DNA of 64,000 bases, taken from the NCBI GenBank assembly GCA_052279835.1, contig CP181291.1:3808001-3872000 (forward strand), written 5' to 3'. This DNA is from Microcoleus sp. GTDB taxonomy: Bacteria; Cyanobacteriota; Cyanobacteriia; Cyanobacteriales; Microcoleaceae. Positions 1 through 10,775 of this stretch are shown piece by piece. The number at the start of each line of letters is the position of its first letter. Position 1 is the stretch's first letter. Made by a program: the position numbers and the translations under genes. The notes beneath the pieces were generated by a model. That model had not been told where the DNA came from and did not search any database. It worked only from the letters and a program-made list of their open reading frames with translations.

Positions 1-1526
1 AGCAAGCCACACTCCAAGTACAGTTAAAAGGGATGCGAACTGTCTACCAAAATTATCAAAAACTACTGGAAGAAAATAACCCCGTTGGCATATTAATGAC
101 CCAAGGACAAGCTTACGCAGGATTATTAGGTGAAATTCAAAAAGTTGACTCAGAAATTTCCCTAAAATTAGCTCAGTACAGAGAGGACAGCTTGCCGATT
201 TTAGCACTAAAAAAAACGAGGCAAGAACTAATATTAACAGCAAGTCAACAAGCTAAAGAAGTGGTGATGAAAAATTTGAACAGCCAAATCAAAGAACTTG
301 AAGCACGAGATTTGGAAATGACTCAATTACAAAAACAACAGAATCAAAAAAATAGAGAATTTTCATTAACGACTCGAGAATACGACAATTTACAGCAAGA
401 ACTGCTAGTGGTGACTAAAAGTTTGTCCGACTTTTTGGCAAAACGAGAAGCTTTGCGGATAGATGCGGCTCAGCAGCAAATACCTTGGGTACTAATTAAC
501 CCTCCAGAAATCCCCTTAGATAAATTCGGAAAATATATAACTTCAACGGTCAAACAAACTCGCAAACAGTTAGTCCTAGCAGTGGTTTTAAGTAGTTTGC
601 TGGGGATAGCGATTGGGTTACTGGTGGAGGTACTCAATAATGTGTTCCATACTCCTGAATCCTTGAGAATGGCAACAAAGTTTCCCATAATTGGAGTAAT
701 CCCATTGACGAAAAAAATCAAGCGCCGCTCTCCAGTTAGAACTAGGAAACTCACCTCGATGAAAGCAAAAAATGCTCAGCCAGTCGATGCTAAACCTCCT
801 ACTCGGAGCCTGGAAAGTAGCGGTATTTTTAGCGATTCCGACTATAAATTCTTAGAAGCATTTCGATCGCTCTACACTAACATTAACTTGCTAACTGCCG
901 ACAGGCCAATTCGATCGCTCTTAGTCAGTTCCGCCTTAGACGGAGACGGAAAATCGACAGTAGCCCTGCACCTAGCGGCCACAGCCGCCGCGGTCGGGCA
1001 GAGAGTATTATTAATAGATGCAGATTTGCGTTCTCCGCAACTGCACATTAAGTTAGGACTACCAAACCTGCGGGGACTCAGCGAAGTCATCTCTACAGAC
1101 CTCAGTCTTAACGAAGTCATTCAGCGCTCCCCCTCCGAGGAAAACCTGTTCGTACTCACCGCAGGTCAAATTCCTCCCGATCCGATTAAGTTTCTCTCCT
1201 CCAAAAAAATGCAGTATCTGATGGAGCAATTTCAAGCATTTTTTGACTTAGTGATTTACGACTCGCCTCCTCTAGTCGGCTTGGCAGATGCCCACTTGAT
1301 CGCAGCTCACACTGACGGTACGGTATTGGTGGTGAAAATTGCCAAAACCGACCGAGCCCAAGTTACCAAAGTCTTGGAAGAATTAAAAATTTCAGGAGCT
1401 TCCATCTTGGGAATGGTTGCTAACGGCTTAAAAAGTTCAGGTCAAAACTACCGCCAGCGCCCAGCACTTATAGATGCCCTCTACGAGCAAAAACTACCCG
1501 TTTTAGATCAAAAAAATCATAATTGA
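1..1526 (+). CDS. Wzc/GumC-type polysaccharide co-polymerase / tyrosine autokinase (5' end lies outside the window)
   Basis: Frame is open from position 3. Coiled coil, TM segment (LVLAVVLSSLLGIAIGLLV), Walker A DGDGKST, LLIDADLR and Walker B YDSPP, as in BY-kinases. Confidence 0.88.
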   Translation, partial: QATLQVQLKGMRTVYQNYQKLLEENNPVGILMTQGQAYAGLLGEIQKVDSEISLKLAQYREDSLPILALKKTRQELILTASQQAKEVVMKNLNSQIKELEARDLEMTQLQKQQNQKNREFSLTTREYDNLQQELLVVTKSLSDFLAKREALRIDAAQQQIPWVLINPPEIPLDKFGKYITSTVKQTRKQLVLAVVLSSLLGIAIGLLVEVLNNVFHTPESLRMATKFPIIGVIPLTKKIKRRSPVRTRKLTSMKAKNAQPVDAKPPTRSLESSGIFSDSDYKFLEAFRSLYTNINLLTADRPIRSLLVSSALDGDGKSTVALHLAATAAAVGQRVLLIDADLRSPQLHIKLGLPNLRGLSEVISTDLSLNEVIQRSPSEENLFVLTAGQIPPDPIKFLSSKKMQYLMEQFQAFFDLVIYDSPPLVGLADAHLIAAHTDGTVLVVKIAKTDRAQVTKVLEELKISGASILGMVANGLKSSGQNYRQRPALIDALYEQKLPVLDQKNHN

Positions 1527-1837
1527 CAAACGGTGCTCTCATCCGAGTGATTTCTTTAGTCTGGTTTCAGGGACCGTGGCCGCGAAACCGAAAACCAAAC
1601 TAAATCAGCAATTTTTGACAAAAGTACCATTTAAGAAAGAAAATGATAGACTAACGAACATAGCATGGTGTGTCAAGCGAGATTTCGCGGATGTTTAATT
1701 TCGCGCTAATCCTGAAAAACATGATTGGGAAACGAGGCAAAGTGGGTAAACTAAATCCCAAAGAGCAAAATTTCAATCAAGCTAACATATCTTTTATTGT
1801 GAACGTTTCAACCCAGAAACTTGGTAAGGACTATTCT

Positions 1838-2203
1838 ATGAGTACAGTTATGGTTGTTGATGATAGCGTAACTCTGCGGGAGATGATCGCTGACTTGCTC
1901 AAAGGTAGAGGACTGAACGTCACGGTAGCTAGTGATGGCGTAGAAGCTCTAGAGCAAATTAAGACAAATCGCCCAGATTTGGTAGTTTTGGATATCGTGA
2001 TGCCCCGGATGAATGGCTATGAAGTTTGTCGCCGACTCAAAAGTGACCCCAAAACTCAGAGTTTGCCTGTGGTAATGTGTTCGAGCAAAAGTGAGGAGTT
2101 CGATCGCTACTGGGGTATGAAACAAGGCGCCGATGCTTACATTGCTAAGCCCTTTCACCCCCAGGAATTGGTAGGCACGATCAAGCAACTGCTGCGGGCT
2201 TAA
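1838..2203 (+). CDS. Single-domain CheY-like response regulator (PilH-like)
   Basis: ATG 1838 after AAGGA RBS; receiver motifs VVDDS, LDIVMP and KPF. Confidence 0.9.
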   Translation: MSTVMVVDDSVTLREMIADLLKGRGLNVTVASDGVEALEQIKTNRPDLVVLDIVMPRMNGYEVCRRLKSDPKTQSLPVVMCSSKSEEFDRYWGMKQGADAYIAKPFHPQELVGTIKQLLRA

Positions 2204-2458
2204 GCTTGAGGCGATCGCCACAGGAAAAATCCTGTTGCGTATTTCCGATACTTTTTTGCTAACAAATGCTAACAAACATATAAGTTAAGAGATGCTCTTA
2301 ACAAAGGGGTATCAACCAATGCCCGAAGGAAAATCCCCCTTTCTCCCGCTCGTGGCACTTGTGCCCCATCGAGCCCTGCGTTGAAGTCCCGATTTAACAG
2401 GCAACTGGAAGTAGGACTAGAGTGTAGAGTCTAAGGATGAGGGGAATGGTTGTCAAAA

Positions 2459-3425
2459 TTACAAGGGTTGACATATTCCCATTAATGTGCATTCCCAAAC
2501 TAATCGCGGCTGTACATAGTTGAGTAAATATTGTCGCGCTTTTTCTAAAGGCTCTAAGGGCGATCGACTAATTCCCCCAGCCAAAAATTGCTGCCAGTAA
2601 CAGTGCTGTAGATAATCGATTAACCATAACTGAGATTCAGTATCCAAAGTTTTATCAATTTCCTTTGCCAATTCCAAGGCCGATCGCACATTTTGAGGCA
2701 ACTGCTTAACTTTTTGTAACAAATCATCCGGCATCGATTGCAGTTGCTGCCAAATAGCAATTGCCTCTCCAGGACTTCCCTGGGCCATTCCCATCACCTC
2801 AGCATGGGACAAAATCTCTCCAAATCCCCTTTGCTCCAATACCAGTGCCATCGCTGCGGGATTCAGGCGATTAAACTGAATTTTTTGACACCGTGAAATC
2901 AAGGTTGGTAGCAAAGATTCCACAGTCGGAGCCATTAAAATTAGCGCAGCTTTTCCCGGCTCTTCCAAAGTCTTCAATAAACCATTGGCAGCCCCCTCAC
3001 CCATAGTTTCTGCTTGCGACAACACGACAATAGAACGGGCAGATTCTAGGGGTGGTCTACTCAGAAAATCACCGATTTCTCGCACCTGTTCTAGTCGAAT
3101 TTGGGGCGGTGATTTGCGCTTCAAGCCCGCTTCCTCAGCTTCCTGTGCTGACAGCCGCTTGCCTTGATTCATGTAAGTGGGTTCTACCCAGAGCAAGTCT
3201 GGGTGATTTCCCAGTCGCACGCGGTTTTGCACCGAGGCTATTAATTTGGGTTTCTGTCAGATTTGCCGAGAATAAAAGCTTAATAAAACACCGAGCCGCT
3301 AAACTTTTGCCGATCCCGTTAGATCCCACAAATAAATAGCCGGGAGCAATGCGGTTGCCAGAGACGGCTTGAGTGAGTAATTCTACTGCCTGGTTTTGTC
3401 CGATTAATGATTCAAAATAATCCAT
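2459..3425 (-). CDS. holB: DNA polymerase III delta' subunit, apparently frameshifted near 3245-3250
   Basis: N-part (GQ..AV, YLFVG..GIGK) is in ORF 3135..3425. C-part (NHPDLLWVEP, ANGLLKTLEEP, TLISRCQ) is in ORF 2459..3232. Removing one base joins them; next to tmk. Confidence 0.9.
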
Positions 3426-3428
3426 AAT

Positions 3429-4091
3429 TCAAAATTCCGAACTCTTTCCATATCCCCAAGCTGCTAACTTACTACTTAAGATAGTTTGAATTTCCTTGGC
3501 GACTTCATCCTCCGTGCGATCGGCATTTATGCGCATAATTCGATCCGGATTTTGTCTAGTCAACTCCGAAAAACCTTGTTGTACCCGCTGGTGAAATGCC
3601 AAATCAGCTTGCTCCATGCGATCGCACTCTCCCCTCGCCCTTGCCCTCGCCAAGCCCGCTGACACATCAATATCCAGCCAAAAAGTTAAATCACTTTGCA
3701 AGCCCCCAGTAGCAATGGCGTTCAGTTGCTCAATTAAGTCTAAATTAATACCACGGCCGTAGCCCTGATAAGCAATAGTAGAATCAGTAAAGCGATCGCA
3801 CAAAACCACCGTCCCCAGGGCTAACTTAGGTTTGAGAAAAGTTTCGACGTGCTGACTGCGATCGGCAGCATACATCAGTAATTCCGCTCGATTTGATACT
3901 AATTCCTCGGACTCAGGCTCCAGTAATAACCTTCTGAGTCGCTTTCCCAGTTCAGTCCCCCCAGGCTCACGAGTAGCAACAAAATTTTTGATTTTAAGAC
4001 AGTTTTTGGGCAGCCAATGTATCAACCGCTGCATTTGCGTAGTTTTTCCTGCACCTTCAACTCCTTCAAAGACGATCAGTTTCCCTGCCAT
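3429..4091 (-). CDS. tmk: Thymidylate kinase
   Basis: IVFEGVEGAGKTT P-loop, TREPGGT, DRFTDSTIAYQG. Confidence 0.97.
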   Translation of the reverse strand: MAGKLIVFEGVEGAGKTTQMQRLIHWLPKNCLKIKNFVATREPGGTELGKRLRRLLLEPESEELVSNRAELLMYAADRSQHVETFLKPKLALGTVVLCDRFTDSTIAYQGYGRGINLDLIEQLNAIATGGLQSDLTFWLDIDVSAGLARARARGECDRMEQADLAFHQRVQQGFSELTRQNPDRIMRINADRTEDEVAKEIQTILSSKLAAWGYGKSSEF

Positions 4092-4198
4092 TGACTTCCC
4101 TTAGAATTTGGATAAAATAAATGATTATTGTACTGTAGATATCTTAGATGTTAGGTATGATGATAAAGTCTAAATGCCTCACGGCAGGAGTTTTTTTT

Positions 4199-4546
4199 AT
4201 GGCTCGTTATACTGGTTTTTTTATCGTTGCCGTTCCCATCGACCGTCTCCGTCACTCTTTGATTGAGATTTTAGAGTCATGCAATCTTGATATTATCTAC
4301 AATACAGGAGATTCTCTCATGGCTCGCGAACTTCCTGGTCAAGTTTCTATACCCAAGCTCGTCACCGCAGAAGTCCTAATTGAGCAAAACACGAGCAGCG
4401 ATTCAGAAGTTCGCATGAATTTCGTGATTAAAAACGAGGAACTCCCTCTCAAAACCAATAACCACTGCCGTCAAATGTTTGAGCTAGTCACTCAGTCGAT
4501 TATGAGCAACCGTAACTGGCGGCTCTTAGAAAGTATGGCACTTTAG
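4199..4546 (+). CDS. Hypothetical protein of cyanobacterial type
   Basis: ATG 4199 after GCAGGAG; 115-aa ORF MARYT...; no motif recognised. Confidence 0.7.
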   Translation: MARYTGFFIVAVPIDRLRHSLIEILESCNLDIIYNTGDSLMARELPGQVSIPKLVTAEVLIEQNTSSDSEVRMNFVIKNEELPLKTNNHCRQMFELVTQSIMSNRNWRLLESMAL

Positions 4547-4597
4547 TCATTAGTCATTAGTCATTAGTCGTTAGTCATTAGTCATTAGTCATTAGTC
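4543..4597. repeat. STRR heptamer tandem array (TTAGTCA)n
   Basis: About 8 tandem TTAGTCA/TTAGTCG units starting at the stop codon. Confidence 0.9.
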
Positions 4598-4713
4598 GCT
4601 ATTTTGATTGAATTCAGCCTTCAGTATCCATACTTTCGGCCTTGTGCTTTCGGCAGGCATGAGTTCTTGGCTAATGACCAATGACTGAGGATTTTTACCT
4701 AAAATCGGTAAAT

Positions 4714-7152
4714 TTAAGGCCGAAATTCGCGACGCAGCAGCAAAGAATTGGTAACAACGCTCACAGAACTAAAGGCCATAAATGCACCAGCCGCCGCAGG
4801 GCTGAGTAAAATTCCCATTGCCGGGAGTAAAAGACCAGCAGCCACGGGAATTCCGAGCATATTGTAACCAAAAGCCCAAAACAGATTTTGGCGAATTTTC
4901 TTAAAAGTAGCGCGACTAAGTTCGATCGACTCCACAACATCCATCAAAGTATTTCGCATCAGGACAATCTGAGCAGTTTCAACAGCTACATCAGTCCCAC
5001 CATGTAACCCGACACCAACATCTGCTTGAGCCAAAGCGGGAGCATCATTAATTCCGTCACCCACCATCGCCACTTTTCTCCCTTCGGCTTGCAAAGCCGC
5101 GATCGCCCTTGCCTTCCCTTCGGGCCGCACTTGGGCCAAAACATCCGTCGTCGGCAAATCTAACTGGTGGGCGATCGCAAACGCCGCCCCAGGCGTATCC
5201 CCCGTCAGCATCATCACCCGCAATCCCATAGCCCGCAAACGCTCCACCGTCGCCTTAGCATCCGGTCTGAGAGTATCTTTTAGCCCGATTACCCCCAGCA
5301 AAACGCCCTCACAAGCTACATAAACCGCCGTTTTGCCTTGAAAAGACCCACACAATTCTGTAGCAATAGCGACCCCCTGCTGCGTCATCCACTCCGCATT
5401 CCCGGCGAACACCAGTCGGCCCTCCACCACAGCCGAAACCCCCAATCCCGGTGCGGTGTAGAAATCCTCAGCAGCCAGCAGTGGCAAAGCTTGTTGTTGA
5501 GCTTCCCGCAAAATCGCTGCGGCGAGGGGATGACAAGAACCCCTTTCCACAGCCGCGGCGATTTGCAAAAGTCTGGAGTCAATGGTAAAACAGGCATCTT
5601 GCCTGTTGCTAACATTCCAATCTGAAGTCCGATCCAACCCAGAACTCTCAAAAATCGGCAAATAATCTGTGAGTGTGAGCTCTCCGGTAGTCAAAGTACC
5701 AGTTTTGTCAAAAACCACTGTATCTAATTGATGCACCCGTTCCAAAACATCACCACCGCGAATCAAAAGCCCGCGCTCCGCCCCAATCCCAGAACCAACT
5801 AAAATTGCAGTTGGGGTAGCCAGTCCCAAAGCACAAGGACAGGCAATGACTAAAACGGCGATCGCCAATTTCAAACTTAACAGCAAAGGTGATTGGTGGC
5901 CCATACCCATTGCCCCATGCCCCATGTTCATGGCCCCATGCCCTAAAAGCACAGATGGCCACAGATGAGTTCCGGCAAAATACCAAAATAGGAAGGTTAA
6001 AGCCGATATCGCCATTACCCCATAGACAAAATATCCCGCCACAGTATCCGCCAAATTTTGAATCGGCGCTTTCCGAGTTTGGGCAGCTTCCACCAAAGCC
6101 ACCATTTGAGCTACAGTAGTTTCTTTACCCGTGCGAGTTGCCCGGATCACGATCGCCCCAGATTGATTGATAGTTCCCGCCGCCACGGGATCTCCTGTTT
6201 GCTTCAAAATCGGCATCGATTCCCCAGTCAGCATCGACTCATCTATGGTTGTTTTACCTTCGCAAACTTCCCCATCTACCGGAATTTTGTCCCCTGGTAA
6301 AACTTGCAGCCATTCTCCGACTCGGACGCGATCGGCTGGAATTTCAATATATTGTGGATTGTAGACCGGAGATGGCGAGTCTAAATCTAAAATCGGCAAT
6401 TTAAAATCAACTAAGCGCGCAGTAGCTGGTTGGAGTGCGATTAAAGCTTGTAGCGCTGATGCGGCGCGCTGTCTAGCTTGCTGTTCCAGAGTTTTCCCCA
6501 ACAAAATAAAGCCCAGCAGCATCACCGGTTCGTCAAAAAAGCATTCCCATCCCATCTGGGGAAACATCAGTGCCGCGTTGCTAGCAGTGTAAGCTGTGAC
6601 AGCGCCTAAAGCTACCAGAGTATTCATATTCGGTGCATTTCGCCACAAACTGCGGCACCCGTCAACTACAATTCGACGCCCAGGTAGTAGTAAAGCTAGG
6701 GTTGCGAGTCCCCAGTGAAACCAAATATTGCTTAAAATTGGGGCTTTTGTTCCCAATACGTGACCTGAACCTGAGAGAATAATTAAGATCAGGGCGATCG
6801 TTAATTGTCCTATTTGCTGTCGAATTTCTTGCTGTCGCCTTTCAATTATCGCCACCTCCATTTCTCGCTGATTTCCACCTGCGCGAGATTGACTGGGAAA
6901 TCCATTATCAGTTAACTTTTTGGCTAAGGCGTCAGCATCGACTACCCCCGGTTCGCACTCAACCGTTGCTACTTCTACGGCTAAGTTAACGCAAGCTGAA
7001 ATTACCCCTGAGTATTGCATTAGTTGGCGTTCAACTGCCTTGGCGCAGCCTGCACACTTCATACCACTGACATCGAAAGTCACAATTTCAGGTGGTGAGG
7101 ATTCTTTGACTGAGATGATTGACGATCGCATTTCAGGAACTGTGTTTGCCAT
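4714..7152 (-). CDS. Copper-translocating P1B-type ATPase (CtaA-like)
   Basis: N-terminal GMKCAGC metal-binding domain, TGES, CPCALGLATP, DKTGTLT, GDGINDAPAL, YN and MAFSS motifs. Confidence 0.93.
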   Translation of the reverse strand: MANTVPEMRSSIISVKESSPPEIVTFDVSGMKCAGCAKAVERQLMQYSGVISACVNLAVEVATVECEPGVVDADALAKKLTDNGFPSQSRAGGNQREMEVAIIERRQQEIRQQIGQLTIALILIILSGSGHVLGTKAPILSNIWFHWGLATLALLLPGRRIVVDGCRSLWRNAPNMNTLVALGAVTAYTASNAALMFPQMGWECFFDEPVMLLGFILLGKTLEQQARQRAASALQALIALQPATARLVDFKLPILDLDSPSPVYNPQYIEIPADRVRVGEWLQVLPGDKIPVDGEVCEGKTTIDESMLTGESMPILKQTGDPVAAGTINQSGAIVIRATRTGKETTVAQMVALVEAAQTRKAPIQNLADTVAGYFVYGVMAISALTFLFWYFAGTHLWPSVLLGHGAMNMGHGAMGMGHQSPLLLSLKLAIAVLVIACPCALGLATPTAILVGSGIGAERGLLIRGGDVLERVHQLDTVVFDKTGTLTTGELTLTDYLPIFESSGLDRTSDWNVSNRQDACFTIDSRLLQIAAAVERGSCHPLAAAILREAQQQALPLLAAEDFYTAPGLGVSAVVEGRLVFAGNAEWMTQQGVAIATELCGSFQGKTAVYVACEGVLLGVIGLKDTLRPDAKATVERLRAMGLRVMMLTGDTPGAAFAIAHQLDLPTTDVLAQVRPEGKARAIAALQAEGRKVAMVGDGINDAPALAQADVGVGLHGGTDVAVETAQIVLMRNTLMDVVESIELSRATFKKIRQNLFWAFGYNMLGIPVAAGLLLPAMGILLSPAAAGAFMAFSSVSVVTNSLLLRREFRP

Positions 7153-7213
7153 AAATTGCCTGGGAATTATTTAGAATTGATTACAATATCTCGGTATTGG
7201 TCATTTTTTTAAC

Positions 7214-7286
7214 AGACATTTCCCAAAAAGCCTGTTAAGAACGGGTATCCTGCCTGTTCCACAAGAAATAATTATGGGAGATGTCT
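7214..7286. repeat. Short MITE-like repeat with AGACATYTCCC/GGGAGATGTCT ends (related copy ~54033-54102)
   Basis: Imperfect terminal inverted repeats around a CCTGCCTGTTCCACA palindrome unit; no TSD evident. Confidence 0.55.
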
Positions 7287-7583
7287 AATCTACTTCATGG
7301 ATAAATGTCTCTACTTTGAGAGTAAATAAAAATTTCGCCATCTACCAAAAGTGTTAGCTTTTTTTAAGCCTTGGCATTTTTGAGTGATATAAAATCCTGT
7401 CTTCATCGTCCTGTATTAAACTCTCTCTTCTCTTCCTTCGCGTACTACCCTACGGGAACCCCTGCGGGGAACGCGCCTTCGCGGTTAAATCATTCCCCTA
7501 CAACCGGAATTGATATCAGGAGGGAGAGAGTGCCAATTACAGATTACCCATTAAAATTAGAGTGTAGGAAGGAACACAGACAA

Positions 7584-8159
7584 ATGAGCGTACAATTAAT
7601 TAAAGGTGACAGATTCAATCTTTCTCAAGAATTTCCCAACTTAAAAAGACTGGTCATCGCTTTGGGTTGGCAAGTCAATTCATCATACAAAAACTGTGAC
7701 ATTGATGCTTCAGCATTTATGTTAGGCGCTGATGGCAGAATTCCCCACGAAGACTATTTAGTATTTTATAATAATCCTAAATCCCTAGACGGTGCTGTGA
7801 AACAATCCGGCACGGATAAATCTTCGCCCAGAAAAGGATATATTAATACGCTCTACAGTGTAGATTTATCTCTAATCGATGCCACTATTGAAGAGATTGT
7901 GCTGATTGTCACTATCCACGATGCTGAATCCGTAGGATTAAATTTTAGCAAAATCCAGAACGCCTTTATCAGTCTATACGATCGCGATCGCCAAACGGAA
8001 TTGACTAGGTACGAATTAAAAGAGAATTTTACATTAGAGACAGCTTTGGAATTTGGACGTTTGTATAAAAAAAACGGAGACTGGAGGTTTCAGGCCGTAG
8101 GACAAGGATATAAATCAGGATTGCGAAGTTTTGTGGAAAAATATTATGTAGAAAAGTGA
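7584..8159 (+). CDS. TerD-family stress protein
   Basis: ATG 7584 after AGGAAGGA; LGW, DIDASAFML, VFYNN, ELYK-like FGRLYKKNGDWRFQAVGQG. Confidence 0.9.
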   Translation: MSVQLIKGDRFNLSQEFPNLKRLVIALGWQVNSSYKNCDIDASAFMLGADGRIPHEDYLVFYNNPKSLDGAVKQSGTDKSSPRKGYINTLYSVDLSLIDATIEEIVLIVTIHDAESVGLNFSKIQNAFISLYDRDRQTELTRYELKENFTLETALEFGRLYKKNGDWRFQAVGQGYKSGLRSFVEKYYVEK

Positions 8160-8233
8160 TGGCTAAAGTCCTCACTACCCACCAGGTTTGTAATGAGGAC
8201 TTTAGTGCTTCTGAGATCGAGTTTTGTGAAAAA

Positions 8234-9589
8234 CTATTTGGATTTAGCCGGTGCAGAATTTGGCTTAGCCTGGGCCGCATTCGCTTTCGGTGGCGTAGCA
8301 TTGGGTTTTGACTCAGCCTTCTGATTCCCTGTTTTACCAGTCACTTTCTTGGTCAAAACTTCCAAAGCTTTTGCATACTGCGGATCTGCCTTCGTACCGA
8401 TTTTATCCCGATCGCGCCTCAATTCCTCTTTTTGAGCTTCGGTGAGTTCAATTTTCACATCAGGTTCAATGCCCAAGTGGTTGATATCCCGCCCACTGGG
8501 AGTAAAATATTTAGCGATCGTCACAGCTAAACCCGAACCATTTCCCACACCACGTACCGACTGCACTAAACCTTTCCCAAAGGTCTTTGTTCCCACCAAA
8601 ACCGCCCGTTTGTTGTCCTGCAAAGCACCCGAAAGAATCTCGCTAGCACTAGCAGAACCCCCGTCTACCAGTATCACTAAAGCTTTGTCAGTAATCGCTT
8701 TTTTATTGGCAGTTTGTCTATCCGTCTCGCCTATTCGATCGACCGTAGAGACGATCGTACCTTCTTGGAGCCACATCCGAGCAATCTCAATACTCCCATA
8801 CAACAACCCGCCCGGATTGGAACGCAGGTCTAAAATATAGCCTGTCACTTTTTTCTTTTCCAAATCCTGAAGGGCCGATCGCATTTCCGATGCCGCATTT
8901 GCACTAAACTGATTCAGGCGAATATAGCCGATTTCACCCATCGGACTTTTCTGTACCAAATGTCGCACCGGATGAATTTCAATCTTCGCCCTTTTCAGCT
9001 TAAATTGTATTTCCTTATTATTGCGGATAATAGTCAATGTCACCTCAGTATTAACTTGACCGCGAATCAAATTTACCGCTTGATTCGTGTCCATCCCCTC
9101 GGTGCTCTTGCCATCGATTTTACTAATAATATCTTTTGCTTGAATCCCCGCTTTAAAAGCCGGAGTATCCTCAATGGGCGAAATCACCACTAATTTCTTA
9201 GTTTTTTCATCCTGAGTCAACTGAATTCCCACTCCTGTTAATTCTCCAGAAGTGTCAACCTGCATATTTTTGAACTCTTGTGGGTTCATAAACCTAGTAT
9301 AAGGATCGTCTAGCTTTTTGAGCATTTCCCGCACGGCCTTATAAGCATCCTCATCACTGCTATAGGTCCGGTTCAAATAATCCTTTCGTACTGCTTTCCA
9401 GTCAACCTGATTAAAAGTACCATCAACATAACTTTTGTCAATAATCTGCCAAACTTCATCAACCAACTCTTTGGGACTACCCCTAAAAGAAGCCAGAGAT
9501 TTAGAACTGCAACCAGTGTTGGCAAGAGTTACAGCAGTGAGTACCACCGCTGCTGCACTTAGAACAAGCCCTCGTTTTGTGATAACCAT
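8234..9589 (-). CDS. Carboxyl-terminal processing protease (S41, Ctp family)
   Basis: Signal peptide, LDDPYT, PDZ domain (GVGI), DLRSNPGGLL, SASASE and TFGKGLVQ. Confidence 0.95.
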   Translation of the reverse strand: MVITKRGLVLSAAAVVLTAVTLANTGCSSKSLASFRGSPKELVDEVWQIIDKSYVDGTFNQVDWKAVRKDYLNRTYSSDEDAYKAVREMLKKLDDPYTRFMNPQEFKNMQVDTSGELTGVGIQLTQDEKTKKLVVISPIEDTPAFKAGIQAKDIISKIDGKSTEGMDTNQAVNLIRGQVNTEVTLTIIRNNKEIQFKLKRAKIEIHPVRHLVQKSPMGEIGYIRLNQFSANAASEMRSALQDLEKKKVTGYILDLRSNPGGLLYGSIEIARMWLQEGTIVSTVDRIGETDRQTANKKAITDKALVILVDGGSASASEILSGALQDNKRAVLVGTKTFGKGLVQSVRGVGNGSGLAVTIAKYFTPSGRDINHLGIEPDVKIELTEAQKEELRRDRDKIGTKADPQYAKALEVLTKKVTGKTGNQKAESKPNATPPKANAAQAKPNSAPAKSK

Positions 9590-9892
9590 TTGTCTGACGC
9601 GCCGGAGGAGAAGAGTTCACAATAATTACGCTCAATCTAACACAAGCAAGGCCCTGTCGCAGTTGAGGTGCTTATATTCTTCAACTTTGTCGAGTTTGAT
9701 TTCCCAAGTAGAGGTTGCTCAATCTGGGGGTTGATACCCCACAAGCACCTTTAATTTTTCTGCAACAGGGCAGACCCCCTCTTAACTCAGGATGGTACAG
9801 GAGGTGATATTATATTTTTGTTCTGAAAGCTCAAACCAAGCGTTCAGTCGATCGCCATTGCAGATTAGACTTGCGTACCTTAAACTATCATC

Positions 9893-10678
9893 GTGAAAAT
9901 CGCCACCTGGAACGTCAACTCAATCCGCACCCGCATCGAACACGTCATTAACTGGCTGCAAGCAAACCCTGTAGAGGTTTTGTGTCTGCAAGAAACCAAA
10001 GTTACAGACACAGATTTTCCTCTGCAACCCTTTCTCGACATCGGCTACCACTGTTACATCTCCGGCCAAAAATCCTACAATGGTGTGGCGATTTTGAGTC
10101 GAGTTCCCATGCAGCAAGTTAGCGCCGGATTTTCACCTCTTCTGGGTGAGGAAATCGTCGGCACTTTTGACGAACAAAAACGCCTCATCACGGGCATTAT
10201 TGACGATATTTGTATTATTTCCGTGTATGTTCCCAACGGTTCAGAAGTGGGTTGCCAGAAATATGAATACAAGCTACATTGGCTGAAATTGTTACACAAA
10301 TACTTGAAAATTGCTCTTGACAAATCACCTCATTTGTGCATTTGTGGAGACTTTAATATCGTTCCGGGCGATCGAGATATTTACGACCCCAAAGCTTGTG
10401 CTAACTCCGCCGGCTTATCAGTCCCAGAGCGCCTCGCACTCACAGAAATCATAGAATTAGGATTGAGTGACCCCTTTCGTAAATTCACCTCAGAAGGTGG
10501 CCACTATAGCTGGTGGGACTATCGCGCCGCCTCCTTTCCTCGCAACAAAGGCTGGAGAATTGACCACCACTATCTCAGCTTGTCTCTCTATGAAAAAGCC
10601 AAAAACTGCACCATAGATATTAATCCCAGGAAACTCATCAAACCCAGCGACCACACCCCGGTAATTGTCGAATTTTGA
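9893..10678 (+). CDS. xth: Exodeoxyribonuclease III
   Basis: KIATWNVNSIR, LQETK, YVPNG, GDFN, GWRIDH, SDHTPV. Confidence 0.95.
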   Translation: MKIATWNVNSIRTRIEHVINWLQANPVEVLCLQETKVTDTDFPLQPFLDIGYHCYISGQKSYNGVAILSRVPMQQVSAGFSPLLGEEIVGTFDEQKRLITGIIDDICIISVYVPNGSEVGCQKYEYKLHWLKLLHKYLKIALDKSPHLCICGDFNIVPGDRDIYDPKACANSAGLSVPERLALTEIIELGLSDPFRKFTSEGGHYSWWDYRAASFPRNKGWRIDHHYLSLSLYEKAKNCTIDINPRKLIKPSDHTPVIVEF

Positions 10679-10775
10679 TCGATCGCGACTTACGCAGGGA
10701 TAGCCAGAAACCGGGTTTGATAGACAAAAATACACCAATTACAGCCCGGTAAACAACTTAATCGCTAGCTAGGTA

